Shown piece by piece: positions 39,552 to 52,894 of a DNA stretch of 64,000 nt. The stretch comes from Octopus sinensis (taxonomy: Eukaryota). Below the pieces are notes generated by a model. The model searched no databases and was not told the origin of the DNA. It saw nothing but the letters and a program-made list of their open reading frames with translations. Every line of letters starts with the position of its first letter. Position 1 is the first letter of the stretch. The DNA lies in assembly GCF_006345805.1 (NCBI RefSeq), contig NC_043004.1, positions 45,136,001 through 45,200,000 on the forward strand. Direction: 5' to 3'. Made by a program: the position numbers and the translations under genes.

Positions 39552-41380
39552 TTAAAACAAGTTAGTCACAGCTGTTTCCCAACATTGTCACAATAACATT
39601 CTATGTCAGTGAAAAGATCCCTTATTACCAGTCTTACCTAACAGGAAATAAGTACTGCTTTGATAGAACAATACACCATTCCAAGTGGTGGCATTTCTTT
39701 AAAATTCTTCATTAGCATATATTGCTCTGTTGCGTTTTGCTTGGAGAGAAATCAGGCTCACTCATATTGACATGTTTAAGATATGTTACATAGGGAGTCT
39801 CTATATATCTCTAAGATATGATATATATATAAGAATCTCAGGTGGCTATGTTGCAGGCAATGATGGTATCTCTGCATTCTCACTAGTTGTTCCAGAATTA
39901 ACAGTCACATTTCGTTTAAGTTGCAGTTTAACACCTTTAAAAGTAAAAAAAGATACAGTAGATAATGTAGTCCAGCCTAAAAAGAAATGCCAGGATAGTA
40001 ACAATGGTTAAAATGCTTTTGAGTGTAGGAGTACTTGATCAAGACAGACCTAGAACTAAACAACAGCACATACTATTGTTCTATTTTTATAAAGTATAAA
40101 AATAAATTTGAATTTACATATTAACATATACAACCACAATGCAGAAAGAACCTCTCTGCTTCTCACTCAGTCCAAAATAGCAGCCAATGTACCTTACCAT
40201 CTTAAAAAGTGAATTTTATACATTCAATATGTAATAAAAAAAATAGTGTCAAGTTGATCATGGCTGCAAAATCTTTGAGTATAGATGTGCTTGGTTAGTG
40301 CTTACCTGTGGCCAAACAACAATAGTAGTATATTATAGTTCAAAAAGATATTCCAGTAATTTGTTAATGTGTGTGCGTGTGTACACACACACACGACTGG
40401 TGTAGACATATAGCTAAAAGTATTAGAATGTTCTTCCAGTTGATCTGATTTCACAGTTCCAACCGTCTAGCTCTGCTGATGTATTCAAACATGTCACCAA
40501 ACACTTTCTCTATTCATTGACATTTTACTCCTTCTGATCTCCAAAATCAATCACATCAGTCACTGTTCTTTTAATATCAGTCGAAGCATAACTCAGTATT
40601 GCTTCACATACACATACACACCTAAACACACTGCTACTACTGTTAAGTCTTTCCTGTGTATAAATTCAAACATTCTTAGCAGCAGCAGTAGTAGTATTCC
40701 TCTTATAAATATGACTGTTCAATCATTCATTTATTCATTTAGTCAGTTTTTATATTACACAAAACCCTTTGCTGAAAGAAATAACAGAGAGAAAAAAAAA
40801 TCCTGGTGATATGGGTTCATTGTTGGATAGTATTATTAAGATAATGAGATTGCATTCATTCATCATTTTCTGTACTTAATTGAAGAGTAGGAATGATCAA
40901 GTGGCTAAAGAGATCAGAACTTTACTGAAGGGTAATTAAAATAATATTGACTTTATTGTTGACACAAGACCACAAATTTTGATTAAGTCAAACCCCACCA
41001 GTACTTAACTGTTACTTTATCTATTCACCCCTCAGAAGTATGAAATTACTTAAAACCTACAACATAAAGGACCTTAATTACATGCTGTAAAGCATTTTGC
41101 CCTCTGTTCTGACAATTAATTAAAATAATGTTAGTCAATGACTAATGTTGTCTTCTCATGTAATTTTTCCAAATTATGCTTTTATGCTCATTACATATGT
41201 TAACACCGACTCAACTGAAGATTAATGGGCTTGTATACAGTTTCTATGCACTGAATGAATAGTGCACTGTTTGAAGAACAAAATATCTCCTTCCATGCAG
41301 TCTTGTCTTTGTTAATTGCTTTCTCAAAGAATTAAGCAGCCCAAGGTTATAGCAGAGGATACTAGCGGAAGATGCTACAG

Positions 41381-41774
41381 ATAGGCTGTGTGGTAAGTAG
41401 CTTGCTTACGGACCACATGGTTCCGGGTTCAGTCCCACTGTGTGGCACCTTGGGCAAGTGTCTTCTACTATAGCCTCGAGCCGACCAAAGCCTTGTGAGT
41501 GGATTTGGTAGACGGAAACTGAAAGAAGCCCGTCGTATGTATGTATATATATGTATGTGTGTGTATATGTTCGTGTGTCTGTGTTGTCCCCCAACATCGC
41601 TTGACAACCGATGCTTGTGTGTTTACGTCCCCGTAACTTAGCGGTTCGGCAAAAGAGACGACTGATAGAATAAGTACTAGGCTTACAAAGAATAAGTCCC
41701 TGGGGTCGATTTGGTCGCCTAAAGGTGGTGCTCCAGCATGGCCACAGTCAAATGACTGAAACAAGTAAAAAAGT
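41381..41774 (+). mobile_element. Composite SINE, near full length
   Basis: Colinear with the 23394 and 27551 copies. Confidence 0.85.
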
Positions 41775-42483
41775 AGGACAGAACCTAAAAACCTCAATGC
41801 AGAACAAACTTCTTAACGACACATCCATGCCTCTACATACATATATCTATACACATATACAATAGACACAGCATACAGCGTACACATGCATGCTTTCTCA
41901 TAGTTTCAACTGGCAGAAAGTTACAAAAGTGATCAGAGGGTTCATTTACAAGTGCGGAGACGTTCATGCATCACTCTTATAAAACCAACTTTGAATCTGA
42001 GATTAGAAATTATGAAAAATGTAGATGCCATGTACTGAATTCTGTTTCTTCTGTTTGCTCTTCCAATCTTGTATATACTCACACTTGCATGTGTGTGCGT
42101 TTATAGTACAAAGTGTCAGAGTCATCAAAACGCTCTACAGAATTCATTTCAGCCATCTCTTTTCAAATCCTGCTGAGTTCAACTGTGTCTTTGCATCAGT
42201 TTGATTTCTATAATGCTTCTCTCTCTCTTTCTTATTTTATTCAATTTTAGAAAAATTGAAGCTATCTTCGACAATTCCGGAGCATATTAAACTTTTGTGC
42301 TTGACTTCTGGCCTACCCAATATATGCTTACCCATTTCTGCTTTAGGCTGTCTTCTTTTTTACTTTTAAATATAAAGCTATATTTCAGTGAAACAAAATA
42401 TTCATTCTGTTTAATATGGTCTTACACACATACTCTTATAATAAAGGCATTTTATATATGTGAATGTATGTAATGTGTATGCA

Positions 42484-42575
<92 letters not shown>

Positions 42576-43625
42576 GCATCTAGCTGTAGAAACCATGCCA
42601 AAACAGACAAATGGAACCTGGGCAACAGTCCAGCTGCTGGCCAGCTCCTCTCAAACCATCCAACCCATGCCAGCATAGAGAACATGTGTTAAATGATGAT
42701 GATGATATATATATGAATGTATATTACAAATACATATATACTGCTGTGTGTATCAAACTTGAGTTCAGTCCCATTTGTCAGTACCTTGGGTGGGTGTTTT
42801 CTGCTATAGCACCCCTTGTTAATAGAAATGCTAGACAGGAATTGAAAGAAACCTGTTGTGTGTGTGTATGTGTGCATATATAAGTATGTGAGTATGCATG
42901 TGTGCAAATGGACTTGTGTAAATCCTTGTCTTGACATATCATAGATGTAAATGAGCATAAACATCAAACAAGCAATGCTCATTTCCAATCTTCCCTTAAA
43001 AACATATCTGGCCATGGGAAATATCAACTTGTTAAGAATTAGGTGAGGTTTGGCAACAGGAAAGCATCCTGCTGTAGAAAAGCTGCTTCAACAAATTTTT
43101 TTCTAACCCATGGAAGCATGAAAAAAATGATTGTTAAATGATAATGATGAAGATGATATAATACATTTTATATGCATTTTATATGGATGTGTGTGTGTGT
43201 GTGTGTGCGTGTTTTTACATATGTATGTGTTTATATATATTTATATAGATCAACTCACCCATCTTATTTTCAGTATTGTGTTCTTACATGTTACTGAAAG
43301 TAATTTACTTTTAATGATGGCTCAACATATAATTCTTGTATAATTAGCTGTTATCTTATCATTTTCTTCTGTTTGACATAGCAATTTCCTCAACTCATCA
43401 TCCATTAGCATACATGAAAAATCTGACTTATGCTTATGCTCACATGAATGCACTCACACATACAGGCATACACACTCAGTCATACACACATATATATATA
43501 TGTATGTATGTATGTATGTATGCATGTATGTATGTATGTATGTACTTGTGTATGTGTTGCCCACAGACACGCGTGAATATATACATAATACACATTTACT
43601 TGAGTGTGTATGTATGTGTATATAC

Positions 43626-43663
<38 letters not shown>

Positions 43664-44271
43664 ATTTCTGTATTATATAAGTCTGTATGTGTATATATAT
43701 TTCATATATTATATTTAGTCATGCTTATATATTTACCACTCCACTCCACTCCACCTCATACACACAAAATATCATATCTGCACAAACACACATAAAGCAC
43801 ATGCATAGTAATATATTCATGCATTCACAATTGTGCATATACTAACATGCACATATACAAACACACACACACACTCACTCACACACAAATCCCTTAACAC
43901 CATTGATCCCTTTTTTATGAATGTCTTGAATATTCTCTTTAGACTTGGCAAGATTAACTTCCACCTCACAACCTTTCCTTATCTTAAGACAGTAATCTTC
44001 TTGCCATATTTAAATACTGTGCATAACATAGAATTCTCATCTTCCTTGTCGATTAATAATATCCTCTTGATCTGATTATAATTAATTCACCTTTTCCATG
44101 CCTAGTTAACTCTCTGTTTTTCATTTCTTGTTAATTTAATCTGTGTTATTTTATGAATCGTTACCATTACATAAAAGTTTGTAGTTGTAATTTTAACTAC
44201 AGCTACAAATGTTTAGAGATATTCTTCGTTTCTTTGTAGAACTCTGAAGACTACCTATATCTAGCACCAGA

Positions 44272-44502
44272 AAAAGGCGGCGAGCTGGCAGAAACGTTAG
44301 CATGCCGGGCGAAATACGTAGCCGTATTTCGTCTGTTGTTACGTTCTGATTTCAAATTCTGCCGAGGTTGACTTTGCCTTCCATCCTTTCAGGCTCGATA
44401 AATTAAGCACCACTTATGCACTGGTGTTGATGTAATCGACTTAATCTGTTTGTCCTTGTTCGTCCCCTTTGTGTTTAGCCGCTTATGGGTAGTAAAGAAA
44501 TA
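44272..44502 (+). mobile_element. Meta-like tRNA-derived SINE with 16-bp TSD
   Basis: ggcggcgagctggcagaaacgttagc...ttcaaattctgccgaggttgactttgccttccatcctttcaggctcgataaattaagcacc...; flanked by tatatctagcaccaga at 44256-44271 and 44503-44518. Confidence 0.85.
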
Positions 44503-44571
44503 TATATCTAGCACCAGACCTTTTTGTATCCTTATACTTGCTTGAGTTACTTACAAATGGTAAAATATATA

Positions 44572-44574
<3 letters not shown>

Positions 44575-44616
<42 letters not shown>

Positions 44617-46553
44617 GAACCATACATATGCAGATAACTAATTATTGCTAATACAATAAGAATGCAAAATTGGATACTTATCAGCCCTTCATTACACCTT
44701 CTCATTTTCAATAAATGTTACTTAAAATGGTTTGCTCACACAATGAAAATTTGGCTAGATAGACTTACAGGAATACTTAATATGTGTATACTCTTCTACA
44801 CTCACAAAACATAGACACTCATGTATCCCAATAAAAGGGGCCACATGACTAACTGGCATGCAGTCATTCACAGATATACTCTGTCTCGCAGATGTGCTGT
44901 CTCCTCTCTGCCTTTTTCAATTGCTATTGTAATGGCATGTGCTTCCTGGAGCTGGGTAGATTCATGTCATGTCCACTCAGACATTATCTGACCCACTTAC
45001 TTCTCTTCCATTCATCACTGTTGTTGTGTCCCATGTCTGAAGACCTCTTGTTAATCAATATGTCTGGTCTCTTCCTCCCAGAATGATAACATTCTGAAAT
45101 TTTCTCTTGGATCATGTTTGTCCCTGCAGCTGTTTTACAAAGGTGGAAGAGAAACAATAATGCATCCGTCTCAACTGGTTAGCAGGACATGTGAAAGCCA
45201 TGGGCTCTGTCCAATCTTCCAAAACCAGAATGCAAAAAAACATTAGCTCTGCCATCTTTCTCTACACACACACTACATACACAGGTACACCAGGCAACTT
45301 CTGCCTGTGTGTGTGTGTGGGTAGGAAGTAAATGCCTTTCTGCTAGTATATTTTATTGAATTGCAGTTAGGATGGAGCCTTTTTTTTTTGAAGGGTGTTA
45401 GTTTTTGTTTATAATCTCTTGGGCTTAATGAACACCAGAAGGAGAAAAACCAAAGTTAATTTAGGTGTTTAATGGGAGATTACCTGTCCGTGAAAGAATC
45501 TAATGAAAAACAAATGAGTGTGTGTGTGGGTGTATATTTGTGTATAGACATATATATCTGTGTGTGTATGTATATATATATATATATAATATATATATAT
45601 TTGTGAACCATACATATGCAGATAACTAATTATTGCTAATACAATAAGAATGCAAAATTGGATACTTATCAGCCCTTCATTACACCTTCTCATTTTCAAT
45701 AAATGTTACTTAAAATGGTTTGCTCACACAATGAAATTTGGCTAGATAGACTTACAGGAATACTTAATATGTGTATACTCTTCTACACTCACAAAACATA
45801 GACACTCATGTATCCCAATAAAAGGGGCCACATGACTAACTGGCATGCAGTCATTCACAGATATACTCTGTCTCGCAGATGTGCTGTCTCCTCTCTGCCT
45901 TTTTCAATTGCTATTGTAATGGCATGTGCTTCCTGGAGCTGGGTAGATTCATGTCATGTCCACTCAGACATTATCTGACCCACTTACTTCTCTTCCATTC
46001 ATCACTGTTGTTGTGTCCCATGTCTGAAGACCTCTTGTTAATCAATATGTCTGGTCTCTTCCTCCCAGAATGATAACATTCTGAAATTTTCTCTTGGATC
46101 ATGTTTGTCCCTGCAGCTGTTTTACAAAGGTGGAAGAGAAACAATAATGCATCCGTCTCAACTGGTTAGCAGGACATGTGAAAGCCATGGGCTCTGTCCA
46201 ATCTTCCAAAACCAGAATGCAAAAAAACATTAGCTCTGCCATCTTTCTCTACACACACACTACATACACAGGTACACCAGGCAACTTCTGCCTGTGTGTG
46301 TGTGTGGGTAGGAAGTAAATGCCTTTCTGCTAGTATATTTTATTGAATTGCAGTTAGGATGGAGCCTTTTTTTTTTGAAGGGTGTTAGTTTTTGTTTATA
46401 ATCTCTTGGGCTTAATGAACACCAGAAGGAGAAAAACCAAAGTTAATTTAGGTGTTTAATGGGAGATTACCTGTCCGTGAAAGAATCTAATGAAAAACAA
46501 ATGAGTGTGTGTGTGGGTGTATATTTGTGTATAGACATATATATCTGTGTGTG

Positions 46554-46590
<37 letters not shown>
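44575..46590. repeat. Near-perfect tandem duplication, period 987 bp
   Basis: Identical ORFs at 44892 and 45879. All three junctions fall in (TG)n(TA)n tracts. The only difference I noticed in the unique part is a homopolymer indel (gaaaattt vs gaaattt). Confidence 0.95.
45001..45129 (-). CDS. Candidate 129-nt symmetric exon (phase 1-1), duplicated at 45988-46116; unidentified product
   Basis: Acceptor tgtttctcttccacctttgtaaaacag|, donor AA|gtaagt. Only one frame is open: AGTNMIQEKISECYHSGRKRPDILINKRSSDMGHNNSDEWKR. No recognisable homology. Confidence 0.25.
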
Positions 46591-46595
<5 letters not shown>

Positions 46596-49217
46596 AATGT
46601 GTGCATGTATATATATATGTATGTATGTGTATGTAAGTGTATTTGTATATATGAGTGGTTACTGTGGAGAATGGAAATACAAAACTCAAAGTGGACAGTA
46701 AAATCTGAACTTGAAATAAGGGAATTATCTTTGCCTCACGTATCAAATAATTTTTCTTCTCTTTTGCAAATATAGACCATAGACATACTCACCCACACAC
46801 TCCCACATATACATGTTTCTGGTCTACTCCTTTCACTTCGAGTTTGTGTGACATTAGAATAATATGTATTTATAATGCTGTATTCATTTACTTGTACAAA
46901 GACACTCTCACACACACACACATTACAAACATACAACCACTCTTACACTCATTCACACACACACACACACACAGAATGTTTGATGCAGTTTCAAGTTGCT
47001 GACAATGCATCAATGTTCAGTAGCAATGAAATATTTCTTGTTATTCATCTATTGACTTTTCATCACATTTCTCTCCTCCTCCTCCTCTTCCACTACCACT
47101 ACAACCACACATACACATGCTGCACATCCCCTCCACCTCGTCTTCGTTCCTCCCCCTTCCCCCCTTCCCTTCATTTCCATTTTATTTCTGTATTGATTCC
47201 CAATTGGTCAGCCAGTAACATCATTGTTTGTATCACACTACATTTATAAGTTGAATTTCTGGCACCAGGTGTGCAGTTTAGGTCAATCCCACGATCAGGC
47301 TGTGAAAAGGAAAAATGTATGCCAGACAACATATGCAATTGTATGTGTGTATTTATGCATGTATACATGTACGTATTTGTGTGTGTGTGTGTGTGTATTA
47401 TTTATTTATTGCTCTACAGCATTGGAATCATCTGTTGCCTTTCTTTGCCTTGGTACTGGCTCATTGACCATTGATTTTCAGCGATTCCTCTCTTAACTAC
47501 CCCACCCCTCAATCCATGACCACTACCGCCACTATGCTGCCACTGCCGCCAGCATGCACTCACATATCAGTACACTGTGTGAGTTTGATGCAAACCTGGT
47601 GTCTCCAGAATTTCTGGATAAAAGACAAGCATTATCCCATATTTGCTTTTCAATGTCTTACTTCTACATTGCCATCATCATCATCATCATCATCATTTTC
47701 TTTTCTTTGTTGTTTTCATCATCATCATTGTCATGACTATCATCATCAGTGATCGTTATTAATAAACAGCCTTCGATAGAACATCAATCTTAAAGATGAG
47801 TTGCTTCTCTTCTCTGGTGTTAAGTGAATGGGAAATAATTCTACTACGGGATAGGATGCCAGTATGCGTTATTTGACATTACCAGATGATCTGGTTATTA
47901 CTTTTTTCCCAAGACTTTGGGGGAAGTGATGCGCACAGAAATAGGTATTCTGCCCAGTAATGCAGGAGAATGCCTTCAGTGCATGCTGTTACACAAGACA
48001 TAGCAGCTGATAACCCATTTTCATATTAAACTCATTTATGTATCGTCAGATATGTATGTATGTTGTAATAGTTGTCAGTATAAGCAATATGATTGTTGTG
48101 TCTTCCAAAGTGAATTTGTTAAAATAAGGTAGTTTATACATGCCCACTCATCACCATCATTGTCATCATCACCTTAATCTTCATTGTCATTGTCATCATC
48201 AACATCATCATTGTTATCATCATTCTCATTGTCATCCTCCATCTGCTTTTCATGCTGGCATGGGTTGGACAGTTTGTTACTGTCCCAGTTATTTGTTATT
48301 TCATGTTACTGCTCTCCTAGGTGAGCCAGACAACCATGTCTTGTACATATGATTCGTTATTTTTTTTTCAAGTATTTTCTGATAGATGATAAATGGTTAG
48401 CAGACCTTACCACTTCTGTGAGATTCATTCAATGCGGTTCTCATCTAGCCTAAAACAGGCCCTAGCTTGGGCCTGTAGGGAAAAACAAATCTTTGTCAGT
48501 CTCATAGCCATGCTAGGGGGTCTCTGTCTCTTATGCGACCCATCTGCAGGTAGACCATTGTCAGTCTACATAAACATTTCTTGCATGTGTCTTCCACTTT
48601 TAACCGCTAGAAATAACCAGTTCTGAATAAAGTCTAAAAATCCTTAGATCAACTCGTTGTCATCATTTTTACCATATTTTCTGCCATACAAATCAAATTT
48701 TTGAGAACAAAATTTACAACCAAGAAAGATAGGTCAATTTATTCTATAAGTTGACTTTGAGAAACCAAAATTCCTTAATGAAATGCCACAGAATATGGAA
48801 AGGTGATGACTGTGCTTGAATGCTTACAGTACATACTATGTCAACTCTGTTGGTATTGGTCAGATAACGCTTACTGAGATGGTATTCTGTGCCCTGCTTT
48901 CCTTCCTGTTGCTGTTCCCTTGCTTTCAGGTGAGGTATTTTCCTCTCTGGTCTTGACATATTGAAACCAATAAAACAGTGAAACTTCTAACAGGAGACAT
49001 AAACAGTATCAATGTTTTCTTTTAGGGATGCCATAGTGAAGACGTGCTGTAGACAAACGCTTGCACACATGCACACACACATTTGCCTTCCACACATGGC
49101 TCTCACCTTCCCACCCCAGATGTAACAGTCATGAACACATGTATATACATCTTCGTACATATTTTTATAAATGATAATAACAATTATTCAATTGTTATCA
49201 TTATAGGAATTTTTGTA

Positions 49218-49625
49218 GGGTGGCAAGTTGGCAGAATAGTTAGCGCACTGGACAAAATGCTTAGCGGTATTTTGTCTGCCATTACGTTCTAAGTTCAAAA
49301 TTCCACCGAGGTCGACTTTGCCTTTCATCCTTTTGGGGCCAATTAAATAAATACCAGTTAGGCACTGGGGTCGATATAATCAACTTAATCCGTTTGTCTG
49401 TCTTTGTTTTTCCTCTCTGTGTTTAGCCCCTTGTGGGTAGTAAAGAAATAGGTATTTCGCCCGTTGCTGCATTCTGAGTTCAAATTCCACCAAGGTTGAC
49501 TTTGCTGTTCATCCTTCCGGAGTCAATGAAATAAGTACTAGTTGAACATCGGGGTCAATGTGATTGGCTCATCCCCTCCCCAAAAATTGCTATCCTTATG
49601 GCAAAATTCGAAACCATTATTATAG
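49218..49625 (+). mobile_element. Meta-like SINE, long form with duplicated body
   Basis: Head plus body, then agtaaagaaata-ggtatttcg and a second body (gagttcaaattccaccaaggttgactttg...ggggtcaatg). Confidence 0.8.
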
Positions 49626-50087
49626 GAACTTTGATACTCATGAAATGTCCATGTTAAGCCCAAGTCAGACCTGGCTGAAAAAAGCTATGATTGTAAGACA
49701 TTCCAACAATGACCATGCTATCCTGCTCACAAGCATTATGTATCTTGGATTAAATTATCCCAAGTGTCATCCCTTTCTCAAGACTTTTGAATGTAGTGTG
49801 AGTGAGGTTTGGATGTTATGTCTATCATGCAGAACAACCACGTTTGCCTGGGATTCTGTCATAATAATGTGTGTATGTATGAGTGTGTGTGCACACACAC
49901 TTTTATATAGGCATGGGCTTATTATAATTGAATACAGAAAATATGTAGATACAGCCTATAAACTATCTCATGTAATACAGCATGTCTGGCAAAGTTCAGT
50001 ATTGGATTGTGCTTTTTCACTTTCATATTAAGCATTAAAAGCTAACCAGAATACCATATACAGAGTGTATATGTGTGTATATATACA

Positions 50088-50118
<31 letters not shown>

Positions 50119-50132
50119 TATGTATCCCATCA

Positions 50133-50174
<42 letters not shown>

Positions 50175-52009
50175 TGATGGGATACATATATGCACTATGA
50201 GATGGGAGTGACAGTTTGTGTTTTTTTCCCCAAAGGAACACACATCTGAACTATATTACATATATATAGTATATGTAATATAGTTCATATGTGTGTGTGT
50301 GTGTATGTTATTGTGATTACATTTTGTAAGGTTCACTGGGTTTGTAATGGAAGTGTCACATACGATAATTTGTCCAAAGACGAGTGAGAATTCTTCAGGC
50401 AGAAGTAGTTAGCTGAGCTGTAAGTGCATGCTAGTGGATGGCTGGCGACATGGCATACACTTCATGACAATGTTGATGCTGCTACTGATGATGATGATGG
50501 TGATGTCAATGTGGTGGTAATGATATGATGGTTCTTTTTGTTTTTGCTGCTTAGTTCTGCTGTGGGGTTTATATGGAATTATATATGTTTATATAAATAT
50601 ATATACATGCAAACATGCACACACACACACACACATGCATATACATATTTACACACGTGCATGTGCACTCTATCCTCATCATTTTGTGTCCACTTTCCAA
50701 TATATCGATGCAACGCTGATGCATAGCTTCCTTAAATTAAACTATTGTACTTCTTTTTCATTGGTTTTCCTTTCCTTATTATATTTTCTGATGGGTTGCT
50801 TAACTTGAACTCTGCTCCGATTGAGCAGACCTACTGAAAAGGATTTCAGATATGACTATCCCATTTTTTTTTTTGGTGGGGGGGTGTTGTGTATGAGGGA
50901 CTGCATACTCCAATGTTTCTTTCACGTTTTAAAACAACGCCTTGCAATTTGTTTGGAAATGCTGCTGGTCTTTCCAGCTTACTTCACTCTGGTTTCAAAT
51001 CCTGCCTGAGGTCAACTTTGTCTACCTTCATTTTGGGGTTGAAAAAATAGGCTTCCAATTCAGAATAATGGACTGAGAAATTGTTAGAACATTATATTTA
51101 AACCCTTGAAGTATTCGTTCCTCTATCTTTTCTTTCCCTGTGACAATTGCTCCTGTTCATTAGAATTAGTTGGTCATGGGCCACCTTTACTCAAGCACTC
51201 CTTATCCACTTGTCTTTTCTTCTTTCATCCCCTTTCTTATGTCAACACACCCATCACACCGTGCACTGATCACAACACCAAATTGTTGCCCACTTTCCAT
51301 GCTTACATAGGTTGGGCAGGCTATCATGGTCTAAGTTTTTTCTTATTGGAAGCTGCCTACTGCTCTTATATACTTGTGTTTGGTTTCAATAGCTAGATAA
51401 CCTTCCTATTATCAACCACTATTTATATGTATGCATCTGTATCTTCTCTCTCTCTCTCTCTCACACACACACATAATGATCTTTATCTTTTACTTGTTTC
51501 AGTCATTGGATTAAGGACATGTTCGGTCTTGTCAAATAAATTGAATCCAGTACTTTTTAAGTCAAATACTTTTTCTATCAGTCTGTTTTACTGAACCACT
51601 AAGTTATGGAAATATAACCCCGCCGCCCACCACCATTATATATATATATATATATATATATAAAGTAAAAAGACATATAATGAATGCACAATTAAATGGG
51701 AAACAGACACAGAAGGTCACCAAATCCTCATCAGTTATCAGCCAGAGGATCAAATGCAATTTCACACCTTCAACGATAATATTGATCCTCTTCAGGTGAC
51801 ACCAACAGCTCAAAGCCACTGGGAAATGGCAAGCCAACGGACAAGGACCAAACAGGACAGAAAATGAACAAACATGAAATAAGCAAATATGCAATACAGT
51901 AAGTGAGTATACAAATATGATATAAATATAATTCAAGATGGGACAGTTAGTAAACGGACAAGGACCAAAGACTAAATGGGGACATACAAACTAACTGAAA
52001 TAAATAAAC

Positions 52010-52407
52010 AGGTGTAGGAGTGGCTGTGTGGTAAGTAGCTTGCTTACCAACCACACGGTTCCGGGTTCACTCCCACTGTGTGGCACCTTGGTCTAGTGTC
52101 TTCTACTATAGCCTCGGGCCGACCAAAGCCTTGAGAGTGGATTTGGTAGACGGAAACTGAAAGAAGCCTGTCATATATATATGTGTGTGTTTGTGTGTCT
52201 GTGTTTGCCCCACCCCCCAACATCGCTTGACAACCGATGCTGGTATGTTTACGTCCCCGTTACTTAGCGGTTCGGCAAAAGAGACCGATAGAATAAGTAC
52301 TAGGCTTACAAAGAATAAGTCCTGGGGTTCGATTTGCTCAACTAAAAAAGGCGGTGCTCCAGCATGGCTGCAGCCAAATGACTGAAACAAGTAAAAGAGT
52401 AAAGAGA
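52010..52407 (+). mobile_element. Composite SINE, full length
   Basis: Colinear with the other copies. Confidence 0.85.
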
Positions 52408-52674
52408 ATACAGCCTTCGGGCTAGACAGGAGGAATATCCTAAAGGATTAACTGAGAGACAGCAAGATATGTTGAGAAGTGGCTGGTCGTATTTTCTTTC
52501 ATCTCCGACTCTCACATGAGAAATATAAAATTCATGAGAGTACAGGTATTAAGTATGTTGCAAGGACTGAGACAAATGCTAATAATCAAAATAATCAAAA
52601 TGGTTTTAAGGACTATAGAGGAAACAGCAAATGGATGTGTATCAGTTTCAAAAATGAGTATTTCAGTTGTTTAA

Positions 52675-52894
52675 ACCTTTCATTACTGTATTTATTTTGA
52701 GATGTTCTGTGTTTCTCTCAATTACTTTAAATATAACAAAGAATTTAGTAAAATAACTTAGTTATCATTAAGCTAGTGTTAAGAACATAAATTGTGGTTA
52801 AGGTTTGGTGGAAGATTTTGATTCAAAACTTATGAAAACAAGACATTTGTACTCAGGGCCAGAGCCGGTTTCAGCCGGGTTGGTAATGAAAGGG
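52675..52894. mobile_element. piggyBac-type MITE (family A)
   Basis: TTAA-flanked 220-bp copy ending GAAAGGG|TTAA. More diverged relatives lie at about 1432-1660 and 17093-17340. Confidence 0.85.

Noticed and set aside
51670-51870. Open frame KTYNECTIKWETDTEGHQILISYQPEDQMQFHTFNDNIDPLQ...
   Set aside because: It lacks convincing splice sites or a recognisable domain and sits between SINE fragments, so it is probably an unclassified repeat relic.
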